Below are positions 46,813 through 61,490 of a stretch of DNA of 64,000 bases, piece by piece (position 1 is the first letter of the stretch; every line of letters starts with the position of its first letter). The stretch is taken from positions 219,927 through 283,926 of the forward strand of contig PBDU01000011.1 in the NCBI GenBank assembly GCA_002718195.1, read 5' to 3'. This stretch comes from Methanobacteriota archaeon (GTDB taxonomy: Archaea; Thermoplasmatota; Poseidoniia; Poseidoniales; Poseidoniaceae). Position numbers and translations under genes: made by a program. The notes below the pieces were generated by a model. It was not told the origin of the DNA. It made no database searches and saw only the letters and a list, made by a program, of their open reading frames with translations.

Positions 46813-48181
46813 GTGGCTGTAGTTTCCACCATATTGAGAGTTCCTCAGGACTTTGTGGTACAGGGCAGTTAACATGTCCACTGCTAAGAATATTCAATCT
46901 AAGTTTGATATTTTCAAAAGCAAGTTTTAGTTTTGGAGACAGTGACTTTTCTTCACCCAAGAGGAAAATGTCTTCGATAGCCTCTTCCCAGTTCGAGTCC
47001 TTGTTTGCCTTTCTCCAGGATGAGAGTTCTCTGCGTATAGGCCACAATGCAATTGCTAATCTACCATATCCTAATTTTTGATCTCTTAGCTTGAACATTT
47101 GTCCCTCAGAAAAAGGAACATGATTTTGCTGTTTGAATATCCAGTTTTCCGAAATTAGCCATCTTACCAAACGCTGAGTATGTCTTTGAGTAACATTTCT
47201 TATGGGTCCAAAGGAATTGTGCAATCTTGGGATTTCACAAGATCCAGACATCAAAGAAAGGGTTCCGATTACTGACCAAGCGGAGCGTGCAAGAGGATTT
47301 GCAGGGACATCGGAATCTTTAGCGCTCTTCACGGGCCATGAATTCTCAGCCATCCTCAACCAATCTGAGGGTGATTTTCCATCTAGCCAACCTTGGTGAA
47401 TTGGTTCGAATTCACCAGGTGCTCCCGGTAATCTTTGTTGTTTTTTCATGTCCCTGAGTAGGGATTCAATCAAACTCTGATCTACCTTGTCTGAGTCAAC
47501 ATTCAGAGGTTCTGGTCTTTGGTTGAAAAATGTCCTAAGAGCCTTCTTTAGAGATTTTTTCAAATCATCTAAGCCTCCTTCGTTCAGCACAGGTCCTATG
47601 ATAGTGCATTTGTCAAATGGTTTTGGATTTGGTATTTCTCCTCCAAGTAATTTCCCAAATCCGTCTCTAATTCTTTTTTGAATTTCGGTTGTTTCAAAAT
47701 ATTCTTGTTTAGCATTTGCCATTCTGAGAGTTCCGGATTGTATTCTCTTCATTGCCTTTTCAGGGTCACAATCAATCCATAGGACGAGGTCTGGAATGGC
47801 AGCGGCAGCATTCATTTTCGCAACCCTTTCAAGGCCTAAATCTCCTACAAATCCTTGGTAGATTAACGATGAATGAATATTCCTATCAGAAATTACTAAA
47901 CCACCACTTTCAAGAATTGGGATTACCCATGTGTGGCTATGGTCAAGCCTATCTGCTGCAAAAAGACCAGCTTCCTGCAATGGGGTTTTGTCGCCTTTTT
48001 GAACGGATTCAAGTGCTAACTTTCCAAGTTTAGAATGCCTTCTTGGCTCATGAGTAATGTGTATGCTAGGGAATGGAAACTCTCTCGCAATTTCGCCTAG
48101 CAGTCGAACCGCTTCGCCCTTGCCTGAACCATCCCCTCCCTCAACAGAGATAAGATACATTTCAAGCCACCAAATCCTCAA
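46805..48181 (-). CDS. tmk: Thymidylate kinase fused to a ~250-aa C-terminal domain of unknown function
   Basis: N-terminal ~210 aa carry the dTMP kinase P-loop ISVEGGDGSGKG, the DRNIHSSLIYQG (DRY..S.AYQG) motif and the LID region. The C-terminal half has no recognisable motif. Confidence 0.75.
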   Translation of the reverse strand: MRIWWLEMYLISVEGGDGSGKGEAVRLLGEIAREFPFPSIHITHEPRRHSKLGKLALESVQKGDKTPLQEAGLFAADRLDHSHTWVIPILESGGLVISDRNIHSSLIYQGFVGDLGLERVAKMNAAAAIPDLVLWIDCDPEKAMKRIQSGTLRMANAKQEYFETTEIQKRIRDGFGKLLGGEIPNPKPFDKCTIIGPVLNEGGLDDLKKSLKKALRTFFNQRPEPLNVDSDKVDQSLIESLLRDMKKQQRLPGAPGEFEPIHQGWLDGKSPSDWLRMAENSWPVKSAKDSDVPANPLARSAWSVIGTLSLMSGSCEIPRLHNSFGPIRNVTQRHTQRLVRWLISENWIFKQQNHVPFSEGQMFKLRDQKLGYGRLAIALWPIRRELSSWRKANKDSNWEEAIEDIFLLGEEKSLSPKLKLAFENIKLRLNILSSGHVNCPVPQSPEELSIWWKLQPPE

Positions 48182-49094
48182 ATTGCTTTTTACTGAATAT
48201 CAGAATAATCATGCCAAGGAGAATCAGAGCAGGTCCGAAAATGATTAACCCTCTACTGAATAGAGCCAGACCAGCAAGGTATTGTGTTCTTCTATATTTT
48301 TTCCCTCTTGATGCCTCAATAGATGCTTGCACGCCAATGAGACCAAAGAAAACAGTGAAAATTCCGATCGCAGAAGATAAGAAAACTGCATTCTCGACAC
48401 TCCACCCTTCATCAGTTGACTTTTCTCCCTCGATTACAGTTCCTTCACCAAGTGCGAGTGTAATGACACGCTCACCTGCTTCTCCAGGATTGACATACCT
48501 CTCAACAGTTTGATACCCATCTTTGCTTACACGCAGAATACTCTCTTCGGTGCTAACTTGATTAAATCTGTAAAATCCATTCTCATCTGTAATAGTACTC
48601 CTTATCTCTGTCATCGTTTCAGGATCTAACAGTTCTACTAGGGCCCCCTCGATTGAATCACCAGTATCTGCTTCCCAAACATCTCCAGCGTAGTCCACAG
48701 CCGAACTTTCCTCGAAGAGTGAGGTGTTTAGGAGGTCTGCAGGATTACCTGTCATAAGGAGTGCTCCTGAAATTATTCCGAGTATTGATCCAGTAAGAAT
48801 TAGTAAAGACGCAAGGCTCCTGAGCCTTTTTAGGTCCGAAGTGGCAATCATGTCTTGTGCTTCTTCCACCTTTTTAGTGGCAATTGTCACTGCCTCTTTC
48901 ACCGTCTCGGAATCGATTAGCATGTCAGCAGATTCTTGAACAAACCTCGCTTGTTCAATTATGCTAGATTCCTTTCTTTTTTTACCAGATTTTTCGATTA
49001 AAGTAGCCTCAACCTCTGATTCTTCCTGAGATAATTTACTTGCAACTCTTGACCTGAGAGCAGCCAGTCTTTTCTCCCTATCATCAGCCATCAT
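48162..49094 (-). CDS. Membrane protein with cytoplasmic coiled coil and CarboxypepD_reg-like extracytoplasmic domain
   Basis: TM at ~aa 95-115. GALVELLDPETMTEIRSTITDENGFYRF resembles the carboxypeptidase regulatory-like beta-sandwich. Two C-terminal TM helices. Confidence 0.5.
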   Translation of the reverse strand: MMADDREKRLAALRSRVASKLSQEESEVEATLIEKSGKKRKESSIIEQARFVQESADMLIDSETVKEAVTIATKKVEEAQDMIATSDLKRLRSLASLLILTGSILGIISGALLMTGNPADLLNTSLFEESSAVDYAGDVWEADTGDSIEGALVELLDPETMTEIRSTITDENGFYRFNQVSTEESILRVSKDGYQTVERYVNPGEAGERVITLALGEGTVIEGEKSTDEGWSVENAVFLSSAIGIFTVFFGLIGVQASIEASRGKKYRRTQYLAGLALFSRGLIIFGPALILLGMIILIFSKKQFEDLVA

Positions 49095-49142
49095 ATCACC
49101 GGGTTATGTTCTGCCAGGTCGTGCGCGGTAAAGGACTTGTTC

Positions 49143-50342
49143 CTACTTCGTCCGCGGTCGGGAGGCTAGTTCAATGCTCTTAATTATCCTGATCGAAACT
49201 ACAATTCCAATGATTAATATTATCTGGCTAGTAATGACTATTTTTTCAAATGCTGAAAACATTCTACTCTCAATAATTTCTTCTTCAGTGCTATTGGTTG
49301 TGCTATTCACAATTTCAATAAAAGAAGGTTGGTAATCTATCCAACTACCTGATCGCAGCCCTAACTCCACAATTTTCCCAGCCTTTCCTAGAGACTCTGC
49401 TGAAATTTTGTCTAATGTATCATTGGTTGTATGGAAGTATCCACCCAAGATAGTTTCATCACCGTAATTTACATCAATTATGTCAATTGCTGGAATTCCA
49501 ACATTTGTAGCACTAACATGGTCATCCTGTATCCAAACTGGGACTTTGTTTAGGTTGTAAACATCAGTACCTTGCTCTCCAAGGCAATCCAACTCTCCCT
49601 CGACGAAGCCAAGAGCAGTTGATATGTTTAGCATTGTATCCCAAAGGATAGGGGTGCTCAACATCTCTTTCCTGAAATTAAAGTCTACATCGCCTACCAT
49701 GTCAAGTAAAATGAATGCAGAAATTGTATCGATTTCCTCTTGCGTAAGGTTCGCTGCCCATGCTTTTGAGCCGAGCATGCTCGGAGTAACTCCTTGGTCT
49801 TCGGCATCAAAAAGAATTAACCAGACATCATGAGATAGATTCATATTTGGAATAATAGGGAGTAATTCGAACAAAACACCAACACCACTTGCTCCATCGT
49901 TTGCACCATCAATAGGATTGTCTCTAAGGTCAGGGTTCTCGTCTCTTTCTGCCCTGTCTCTTGAATCGTAATGGGCAGCAATTATTACTACTTCTCCAGT
50001 TGAACTTTCGGGAGAGTATTTTGCGATTAAGTTAGTAGCATTCATGCCATCTACATAGTGGGAAGGTGTTGAAACTTCATATCCTGTTGCATTTTCTGAG
50101 AATGAATTGATTAGTTTGGCGCTAGCTTCGGAGCCTGGAATTCTGTAGCCTAATTCGACTTGAAAAGTAGCATAATCCATTGACTGGTTGCCTTCGAATA
50201 CCAATTCGTCATAATGTTGGCATACTTCTTCAAGTGTTTTCAAGTTTGAAACTTGGACAATTTCTGTCTCTGCTGATGCCATGGTCGAATTGGCAAGTAA
50301 AATCAAAGAATATAGAATTGCAATCATCCACTTGCGCACCAT
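49143..50342 (-). CDS. M28-family aminopeptidase, secreted with C-terminal membrane anchor
   Basis: Signal peptide MVRKWMIAILYSLILLANSTMASA. M28 metal ligand motifs AAHYDS and GANDGASG. C-terminal TM. Confidence 0.8.
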   Translation of the reverse strand: MVRKWMIAILYSLILLANSTMASAETEIVQVSNLKTLEEVCQHYDELVFEGNQSMDYATFQVELGYRIPGSEASAKLINSFSENATGYEVSTPSHYVDGMNATNLIAKYSPESSTGEVVIIAAHYDSRDRAERDENPDLRDNPIDGANDGASGVGVLFELLPIIPNMNLSHDVWLILFDAEDQGVTPSMLGSKAWAANLTQEEIDTISAFILLDMVGDVDFNFRKEMLSTPILWDTMLNISTALGFVEGELDCLGEQGTDVYNLNKVPVWIQDDHVSATNVGIPAIDIIDVNYGDETILGGYFHTTNDTLDKISAESLGKAGKIVELGLRSGSWIDYQPSFIEIVNSTTNSTEEEIIESRMFSAFEKIVITSQIILIIGIVVSIRIIKSIELASRPRTK

Positions 50343-50433
50343 ATCCTACCACCTCTGTATGATGCGAAATCTAACTACGCTTAAATACCTCATCTCGATG
50401 GTTTTTCTATTGGCTTTGTAAAAAGCAAAACAG

Positions 50434-53400
50434 GTGACTCAAATGTCGGAACCATGTACTAAAAAAACACTCATTTCCTCTTCGCTTGTTCTGCTATTTT
50501 TGATATCAGTTTTATCTCCGCTTGCAGCAGCAAATCCAGAAGAAACTCAAGAAGTTGAACAAATAAATGTGAACGCTGATGCAAAGATTGTCGCAGACAT
50601 AGCAGATTTCCAGGTCAATGAAGGATATTCCTATCTATTCATGGATGAAGAAACCCCAGTTGTTTCTGCAACATCTTTCATGAAAAAATCATGGATAGAT
50701 GCGGGAAGACCATACTTAGAGGGTCATCCGTCAACTTTGGAAGAGGCCGTAACCAGCGGCAGAGCAGCAGGTAGGTCCTGCAACTCATACAATACCGGGG
50801 ATACTTTGACTGCGCCAACCTCGGGGGGTAGCGTTGATGTATATGTGGCAAAAACAACCACAACAGTTGCATTCCTGGTTCAAACGGGAAGAACTCTCTC
50901 AAGTACAGTACTTCAGAATTTAGCCTCGACTTGGGACCAGACGATCTATCCAACTCTCACCACTTATTACGGCAAAGATTACCAAGATGGAAGAGGAGTT
51001 GCTCCTCCGGATGTTGATGGAAACTGCCAGGTTGAAATCGTGATTTATGACATAGATGGTGCTTACAACATAGGCGGTTATTTTGCCCCAGGTCTTGCAA
51101 GTCAGAGAGAAATTGTGTTTGTTGATTATGCTGACATAACACTTTCATGGGGCAAATCGATTATTGCTCACGAGTTACAACACCTGCTTCACAATGCACA
51201 GGATCCATACGAAAATTTGTGGGTAGATGAAGGAAATGCAGATGTTGCAATCTACTTGTGTTTCGGAGCAGACTCCACCTTAAGGGGGCACGTCAATGGC
51301 TGGACATCGGCACCCGAATTGTCGGTGCGATGGTGGAATCAAAGAAATGCAGATTACGGTGCAGGTTTCATGATGATGATGTACCTTGTTGACCAGTTAG
51401 GTGGCGGTCCTGCAATGAGGCAACTTGTTCAAGATTCTTCTACCGGCGGCGTGGGGGTTAGAAACCTTGCAATAGCACCTCCAAATGGACAAGGCGGTAA
51501 AATCGGCTCTAACATGAACGATGTGTTTGCTAACTTCTCTATTGCTGCAACACTTGATTCCGATCAAGGTATTTACGGATACGCAAACTTAGACCTTCGA
51601 GACACTTGCTCTGGTGCTGTTTTCTGTAAGGCTCAACCTGCTGCGACTAATTCCAATTGGGCAACTCCTTATTCTTCAACAGGTCATCAAACCGAAGCAT
51701 GGGGAATTCGCTCGTTCAAGTTCACACCAGGAGGTGCTTCACCAGCACCCCTGACAATGAGGCTTACCACAGATGTTGCTGGCTTCGATGGAGTACTTGT
51801 CACAAAATCCATGACTGATGGTTTGTACAGCGTCACCGACTTAACTTTCCAAGGAACAACAGCAACCGCTTTAGTGCCAGGGTTTGGTAATCTGACAGAC
51901 GAAGTTTGGGCTATAACATGGTATGCCAGTTCTGTAGCGGACTGTGATTACACATCATGCGGAAATTCATATCCGCAGGGAACTATTGATATCGAAGCAG
52001 CTAGAATAACTTCTCCTGCGAGTATAAACTTCAACACTACCACTCTCACAGATAGAGATGGTGATGGTCTTGACGACACAGCAGAAGTTGGTTTTGATGT
52101 CACCTCGAATGCATTCTTCGAGGATTTGGATACAGAAATATCTGTGTTGGACTCCTCCGGAAACATGGTTGATTCCATAACCACTAGAATAACTGCTGGG
52201 GGAGGTGTTGCAGCACCATATTCAATCTTCTTCACCCCAAACATGGATGATCAATATTCGTTTAATTTCAAGCTTAAGAATGTATTAGGAGAGCAGATAG
52301 ATGAGTTGACTTCTGCACCACAATTACTATCCAACATGAGGCCAGTTTCCAACGGTACAGTCTCAACTAACCTCTCCCTTACATGGGAGAAAATAACTTT
52401 CAGCGGAGATGGATTTGACGCATGGGGATTGTCCCTGACCAACAATTCCTTACCATATCTGGATTCACCTGTCGCTTATGCATGGGATTTTGGAGATAAT
52501 CAAACCTCCAGTCTAAAATCACCAACTAGGCATTACGAGGAAATCGGAGTTTACAATGCTACGCTAAGGGTAAGAGATACTGGTGGACTCTGGTCTGAAA
52601 CTGATATTTTTGAAATGGTCTTGTTTGACGATACTATACCTAATCCAATAGTGACAGTAAATGATCAATTCGTGGCTAATGAAATCAGTGTTTTAACCGG
52701 TCAAAGAATCCTATTTTCAGCAGCAAGAACCACTGATAACGTGCCAGTAACAAATCTAAACTTCACATGGGACTGGGGAGACGGCTCAAGCGTTGGAGGA
52801 ATAGGCGCATACACTGCTTATCACTCATGGGATTCAATCGATGCTCAAAATGTAACATACAATCTTACGCTAACAGTCAGCGATGGAATCAATATCGCAG
52901 TCAAGAATATACTGGTGCAGGTTAACAACAGGCTTCCAGTGCAAGTATTCAATGATGTCTTAGAAACTACCACCTATGCTCCTCTTCAAGTCCCTGTCAT
53001 CTTCGAAGATATCGATGGCGAGATTGAATCATGGTCCTGGTCATTCCCCGGAGGGGTCAATCTCGATGGGATTGGTGTAGGAAGAGATAGTGAATTTGGG
53101 CTTGTCTCTTCGACCAACGAATTCCCTACTCCTGCGTGGAACACACCTGGTAACAAAACCATCACTCTAACAGTTACAGACGACGACGGTGGTTCTTCCG
53201 TTGCAAATCTTCTGGTAATTGTTAGAAATCAATTACCTGTAGCCGACTTCTCGGTTAGGGAAAGTGCCTCTGCTGTAGGTCAATTCATCGACGTAAGGTC
53301 TGAGGATTTGCAAGTTGATACTCAATATGTCTTTGATGGAAGAGCTTCTTTCGACCCAGATGGGACTCTTGGTGATTTCAATGATCTAATTTTCACTTGG

Positions 53401-54660
53401 GGCTTCCCAGATGGAAATGATACCGATAGCGTACAGCCAAGATATACCTTCGGTGAGCCTGGAGTTTACAGAGTAAACCTTACTGTAACCGATGAGCAGG
53501 GTGAGCAAAGCATAACTCGAACCATGATAATTAGGGTAGCAAACCCTCTACCTATTGCAAATGCAAGAATTGTTGAAGGTTGGATTGATGATTCATTGAT
53601 CACCGTTGATTCAGATTTCAACCGCTCGGCATTGCCTGATGTGTTCAAGAGAGTTTTCGATGATGATGGAAACACCCATGCTGCACCTGGTACATTGCTC
53701 TATTTCGACTCCTCTGGTACAAGGGATGGTGACAGGAAATATGAAGGCAAATTTGTTCCCTTAGAACAATCTTCTCCTGACTGGAACGGTATTGTACAAT
53801 ACTCCTGGGACTTTGGCGATGGCTCTCCAATTAGCAACGAACCTTTCCCGTGGCATTCATATGAGAGACCTGGAGAATATTCTGTCTCCTTAACAGTTAG
53901 AGATTCTTACGGGACAGGAGATGTAACAAGGGTATTTTTGATGGTAATAATCGATTATGCTCCAGAGATTAACGGACTTGATATTCCTTCTGAAATTTAC
54001 GAAGGTATCCAATATGCACTTGACGCAAACGTGTCCGATTATGAATCTGAAAATGAGATTGGGCTTTGTCTGGATGATGATGTTGATGACGGCTCAGATG
54101 TAGACTGTGATCAGGTACTGGCCACTGAGGTAAGTGTGAGATGGGAATTGGACTTAACCAACGACACAAACCAAAATAACATCCCTGATGATGATTGGAA
54201 AGACCCTGTGAGCGGTCAAGTTGCTAAGGTCAAAATGATATGGATGACTCCCGGAAAAAGAGATATTAAAATCGAAGTTTGTGATTCACTAAATCAATGC
54301 GTAACAATGACTGAGACAGTATCAGTTCTTCCAGAGGAACTCGCACCTCCTTCATTAAGCGATTACACTCTTGAGGATTGGAGTGCGTGGTTCAAGAGAA
54401 CTGGGACCGATGCTTTGCTATTCCTTGCTTTGGTTATGGTTGCTCTGATACTGGGTTATTTCGTCATGAGGGCTCCAACAGATTCAGAACTTGATGCAAT
54501 GGAAGCCGAGGCCGTGTACGATGACTTGGAAGTTGTTGAGGGGGCTAAAGGACTGGTCAGCATCGACGATCACACGCCACCGCCAACTCCTAAGATTTTA
54601 ACAAAAGATGAGCGGACAAATTCCGAGAGTGGATATGTAAGACCGGTTCGAAGGGGATAA
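50434..54660 (+). CDS. Large secreted zinc metalloprotease (HExxH, M6/InhA-like) with multiple PKD-like repeats and C-terminal TM anchor
   Basis: Signal peptide. IIAHELQHLLHN HExxH with downstream DEGNAD. Repeated ~90-aa units with the WDFGDG PKD signature (AWDFGDNQTS, WDWGDGSS, WGFPDGND, SWDFGDGSP). TM LFLALVMVALILGYFVM near the C-terminus. Confidence 0.8.
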   Translation: MTQMSEPCTKKTLISSSLVLLFLISVLSPLAAANPEETQEVEQINVNADAKIVADIADFQVNEGYSYLFMDEETPVVSATSFMKKSWIDAGRPYLEGHPSTLEEAVTSGRAAGRSCNSYNTGDTLTAPTSGGSVDVYVAKTTTTVAFLVQTGRTLSSTVLQNLASTWDQTIYPTLTTYYGKDYQDGRGVAPPDVDGNCQVEIVIYDIDGAYNIGGYFAPGLASQREIVFVDYADITLSWGKSIIAHELQHLLHNAQDPYENLWVDEGNADVAIYLCFGADSTLRGHVNGWTSAPELSVRWWNQRNADYGAGFMMMMYLVDQLGGGPAMRQLVQDSSTGGVGVRNLAIAPPNGQGGKIGSNMNDVFANFSIAATLDSDQGIYGYANLDLRDTCSGAVFCKAQPAATNSNWATPYSSTGHQTEAWGIRSFKFTPGGASPAPLTMRLTTDVAGFDGVLVTKSMTDGLYSVTDLTFQGTTATALVPGFGNLTDEVWAITWYASSVADCDYTSCGNSYPQGTIDIEAARITSPASINFNTTTLTDRDGDGLDDTAEVGFDVTSNAFFEDLDTEISVLDSSGNMVDSITTRITAGGGVAAPYSIFFTPNMDDQYSFNFKLKNVLGEQIDELTSAPQLLSNMRPVSNGTVSTNLSLTWEKITFSGDGFDAWGLSLTNNSLPYLDSPVAYAWDFGDNQTSSLKSPTRHYEEIGVYNATLRVRDTGGLWSETDIFEMVLFDDTIPNPIVTVNDQFVANEISVLTGQRILFSAARTTDNVPVTNLNFTWDWGDGSSVGGIGAYTAYHSWDSIDAQNVTYNLTLTVSDGINIAVKNILVQVNNRLPVQVFNDVLETTTYAPLQVPVIFEDIDGEIESWSWSFPGGVNLDGIGVGRDSEFGLVSSTNEFPTPAWNTPGNKTITLTVTDDDGGSSVANLLVIVRNQLPVADFSVRESASAVGQFIDVRSEDLQVDTQYVFDGRASFDPDGTLGDFNDLIFTWGFPDGNDTDSVQPRYTFGEPGVYRVNLTVTDEQGEQSITRTMIIRVANPLPIANARIVEGWIDDSLITVDSDFNRSALPDVFKRVFDDDGNTHAAPGTLLYFDSSGTRDGDRKYEGKFVPLEQSSPDWNGIVQYSWDFGDGSPISNEPFPWHSYERPGEYSVSLTVRDSYGTGDVTRVFLMVIIDYAPEINGLDIPSEIYEGIQYALDANVSDYESENEIGLCLDDDVDDGSDVDCDQVLATEVSVRWELDLTNDTNQNNIPDDDWKDPVSGQVAKVKMIWMTPGKRDIKIEVCDSLNQCVTMTETVSVLPEELAPPSLSDYTLEDWSAWFKRTGTDALLFLALVMVALILGYFVMRAPTDSELDAMEAEAVYDDLEVVEGAKGLVSIDDHTPPPTPKILTKDERTNSESGYVRPVRRG

Positions 54661-54690
54661 TCCGGACTCAGATTTTTAGGGCAGTTTGTT

Positions 54691-55737
54691 GTGGGTATTG
54701 ATATGAAGAGCACAAGATTTGGAGTGCCTTTCGTTCTCACGTTACTCATTTTACTCCCTGCTTTTTTCTCTCAAGGATTTGTCGTGACTAGCGTTTCTGC
54801 GAATTCAAACTGCCAAGCAGATACTTCTCCTATTGAATGGAATGAAAGCCTGCAAAGACTTGCAATTACTCCTATGTCTCATTCAAACACATACTACCCA
54901 TGGGACGATGTGTATTATTACGAAGATGAATACTACCCAGAGCCGAGTTATAATCAACAAAATCTCAACGATTCATTGCACCCTGAAGAGCCATGGATGT
55001 ACAATAGATGGGGTAGGGTGCCTTCTTTAGACACATTAAGAGATTCCCATTACACCAGCATGCAAATTGGTAATGATTCTGCAGGAGTATTGAAGATGAA
55101 CCTTTCAAAAGACTACAGGTACGTGATGTGTGTGTCCTTGCAAAAGATCGAAAACAACCAAACCAGTGATGTATCTGCGGATATATACCTCTTCACGAAT
55201 TCAGAATATAACAAATATGAGCAAGCGTATACAAACGCCCACTCGGAAGATTTGTGGTGGGAAGATTTTGATGAGTCTATTTCTGACATTCCACCTGAGT
55301 GGAGAAGATACAATCCATTGGGATGGTCTACGTTTAGAGATGCTCATCAATACGAAGGTGTGGAATCAGCAACTATTACGGTTGCATTAGACAAAGATCC
55401 AGTTAGCAATACCCTGTTCAATGGTTTGCAATGGCAAGAATTTTACTTGGTGATAGATAATTGGGACAATGGTCATGAAGGTGATTCTGAACAATCTAAT
55501 TCGGTGGTTGTAGCAGATGTTACATTCGTGCCTGTCGAGAGGTCTTTTGTAATTCCGCCAATGACTGTATCATTGGTATTTTTATCAACATTTATCGCAA
55601 TAATGATCGTACCTTTTGTCCTCAACAAGAGATACATGTCGAGTGGTTTAGAGCCGGAACATGTTGAGAGCGATGGAATCATGCCATCCTTAAGTCAACA
55701 GCCCGAAATCAACGATGTGAGTTTCAAACAAACCTAA
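54691..55737 (+). CDS. Secreted, C-terminally membrane-anchored hypothetical protein
   Basis: Signal peptide plus a C-terminal TM (VSLVFLSTFIAIMIVPFVL). Tyr/Trp/Asp/Glu-rich ectodomain. Confidence 0.5.
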   Translation: MGIDMKSTRFGVPFVLTLLILLPAFFSQGFVVTSVSANSNCQADTSPIEWNESLQRLAITPMSHSNTYYPWDDVYYYEDEYYPEPSYNQQNLNDSLHPEEPWMYNRWGRVPSLDTLRDSHYTSMQIGNDSAGVLKMNLSKDYRYVMCVSLQKIENNQTSDVSADIYLFTNSEYNKYEQAYTNAHSEDLWWEDFDESISDIPPEWRRYNPLGWSTFRDAHQYEGVESATITVALDKDPVSNTLFNGLQWQEFYLVIDNWDNGHEGDSEQSNSVVVADVTFVPVERSFVIPPMTVSLVFLSTFIAIMIVPFVLNKRYMSSGLEPEHVESDGIMPSLSQQPEINDVSFKQT

Positions 55738-55739
55738 AT

Positions 55740-56537
55740 TCAATACTCGAGAAGCAACCATGCGTCTCTAAGGTCCCTGATGTTAACCAATCCCTCATTC
55801 TTCAGAGAGTACTCGTCTCTCATTGTAGCATAAACAAGCGATTGACCAAGTGCTGGAGCATGTAGTCTAACCCAATCTCCACCATTTCCTAGACCCATGA
55901 TGGAGTGGCTTAGTCCTTCTCCTTTCAAATCTTCAGCGGCATTTACCAGTTGTAGGGCATCTTGTTGTTCATTGATTTTGTAGCAGACCTTGACGATATT
56001 TCCTAGTTCGCTAGATTCCTTGATGTGGTTTATGATATCTGCTGCAGTAGGTGTTCCCGAAGTATCGTGATGGGAAGCGATTACAGAGGAATTATTTGAC
56101 TTAGCTTCCTCAATCAGCGACTTTCTTTCTCCTTCATCAATGGATAGTTCAAGATCTACCCAAGATACTTGATTAGATATTGCTTTTTTAAGAATCTCAA
56201 TTCTCTGTTCTTCAGTACCAGCGAAATATCCTCCCTCTCTTACAGGTCTAACGGTGAAAATAACGGGAAGGGGTATTTGTTCCTTGAAGGTGGCAATAGC
56301 CTCGTCTACTTCAACATCTTCGAAGTTTAGTACCGGCCATTCTGATTGTGGAGGCAGGCTTTCTCTCCTTCTTCCATCTTCATCTTCTGTGACTGTAGGT
56401 TCGGGCTTTGAAAGGTACAATCTGTCGAATCTTACCTCAACTAAATCAGCACCAGCTAGATTCGCTCTAGCCGCTTCATCAATCATTTCAATTACCGTGG
56501 TTCCGTTCAAGGATACACACACCTTCGGGTCAGCCAT
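55740..56537 (-). CDS. aroD: 3-dehydroquinate dehydratase, type I
   Basis: MADPKVCVSLNGTT...ADLVEVRFD matches the type I DHQase N-terminus. ATG at 56537 chosen. The track ORF extends to 56624 through non-conserved residues. Confidence 0.75.
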   Translation of the reverse strand: MADPKVCVSLNGTTVIEMIDEAARANLAGADLVEVRFDRLYLSKPEPTVTEDEDGRRRESLPPQSEWPVLNFEDVEVDEAIATFKEQIPLPVIFTVRPVREGGYFAGTEEQRIEILKKAISNQVSWVDLELSIDEGERKSLIEEAKSNNSSVIASHHDTSGTPTAADIINHIKESSELGNIVKVCYKINEQQDALQLVNAAEDLKGEGLSHSIMGLGNGGDWVRLHAPALGQSLVYATMRDEYSLKNEGLVNIRDLRDAWLLLEY

Positions 56538-56821
56538 GCGTTTGCCGACTTTTGACCCATTCTTAACGCTCACGGCTATGTTTTGATTAGAGAATTCTTG
56601 AAAATGAGAAGTTTGGATGTGCAAAAAGTATCAAATTTATGAATAAAATGTGGCAATTTCATCATTACCTTTACAAACCTTATCGGGGGGCTGTAAAGAG
56701 TCGGTAAAGGGTAATTTACGGATGGGAGATTTTGGGCGGAGTGTCACATTTTTCAAATAAGAAAAACAGTGAATTTTAGTTTAATTTATAACATCTTGAA
56801 AATATAGTTTATCAGCGCTAG

Positions 56822-61490
<4,669 letters not shown>

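Noticed and set aside
49095-49190. GC-rich patch (GTGCGCGGTAAAGG...CCGCGGTCGGGAGG) that looked like a possible small structured RNA
   Set aside because: From 49143 onward it encodes the C-terminus (…IELASRPRTK*) of the M28 peptidase. The remaining 48-nt spacer is too short and lacks convincing stem-loops.
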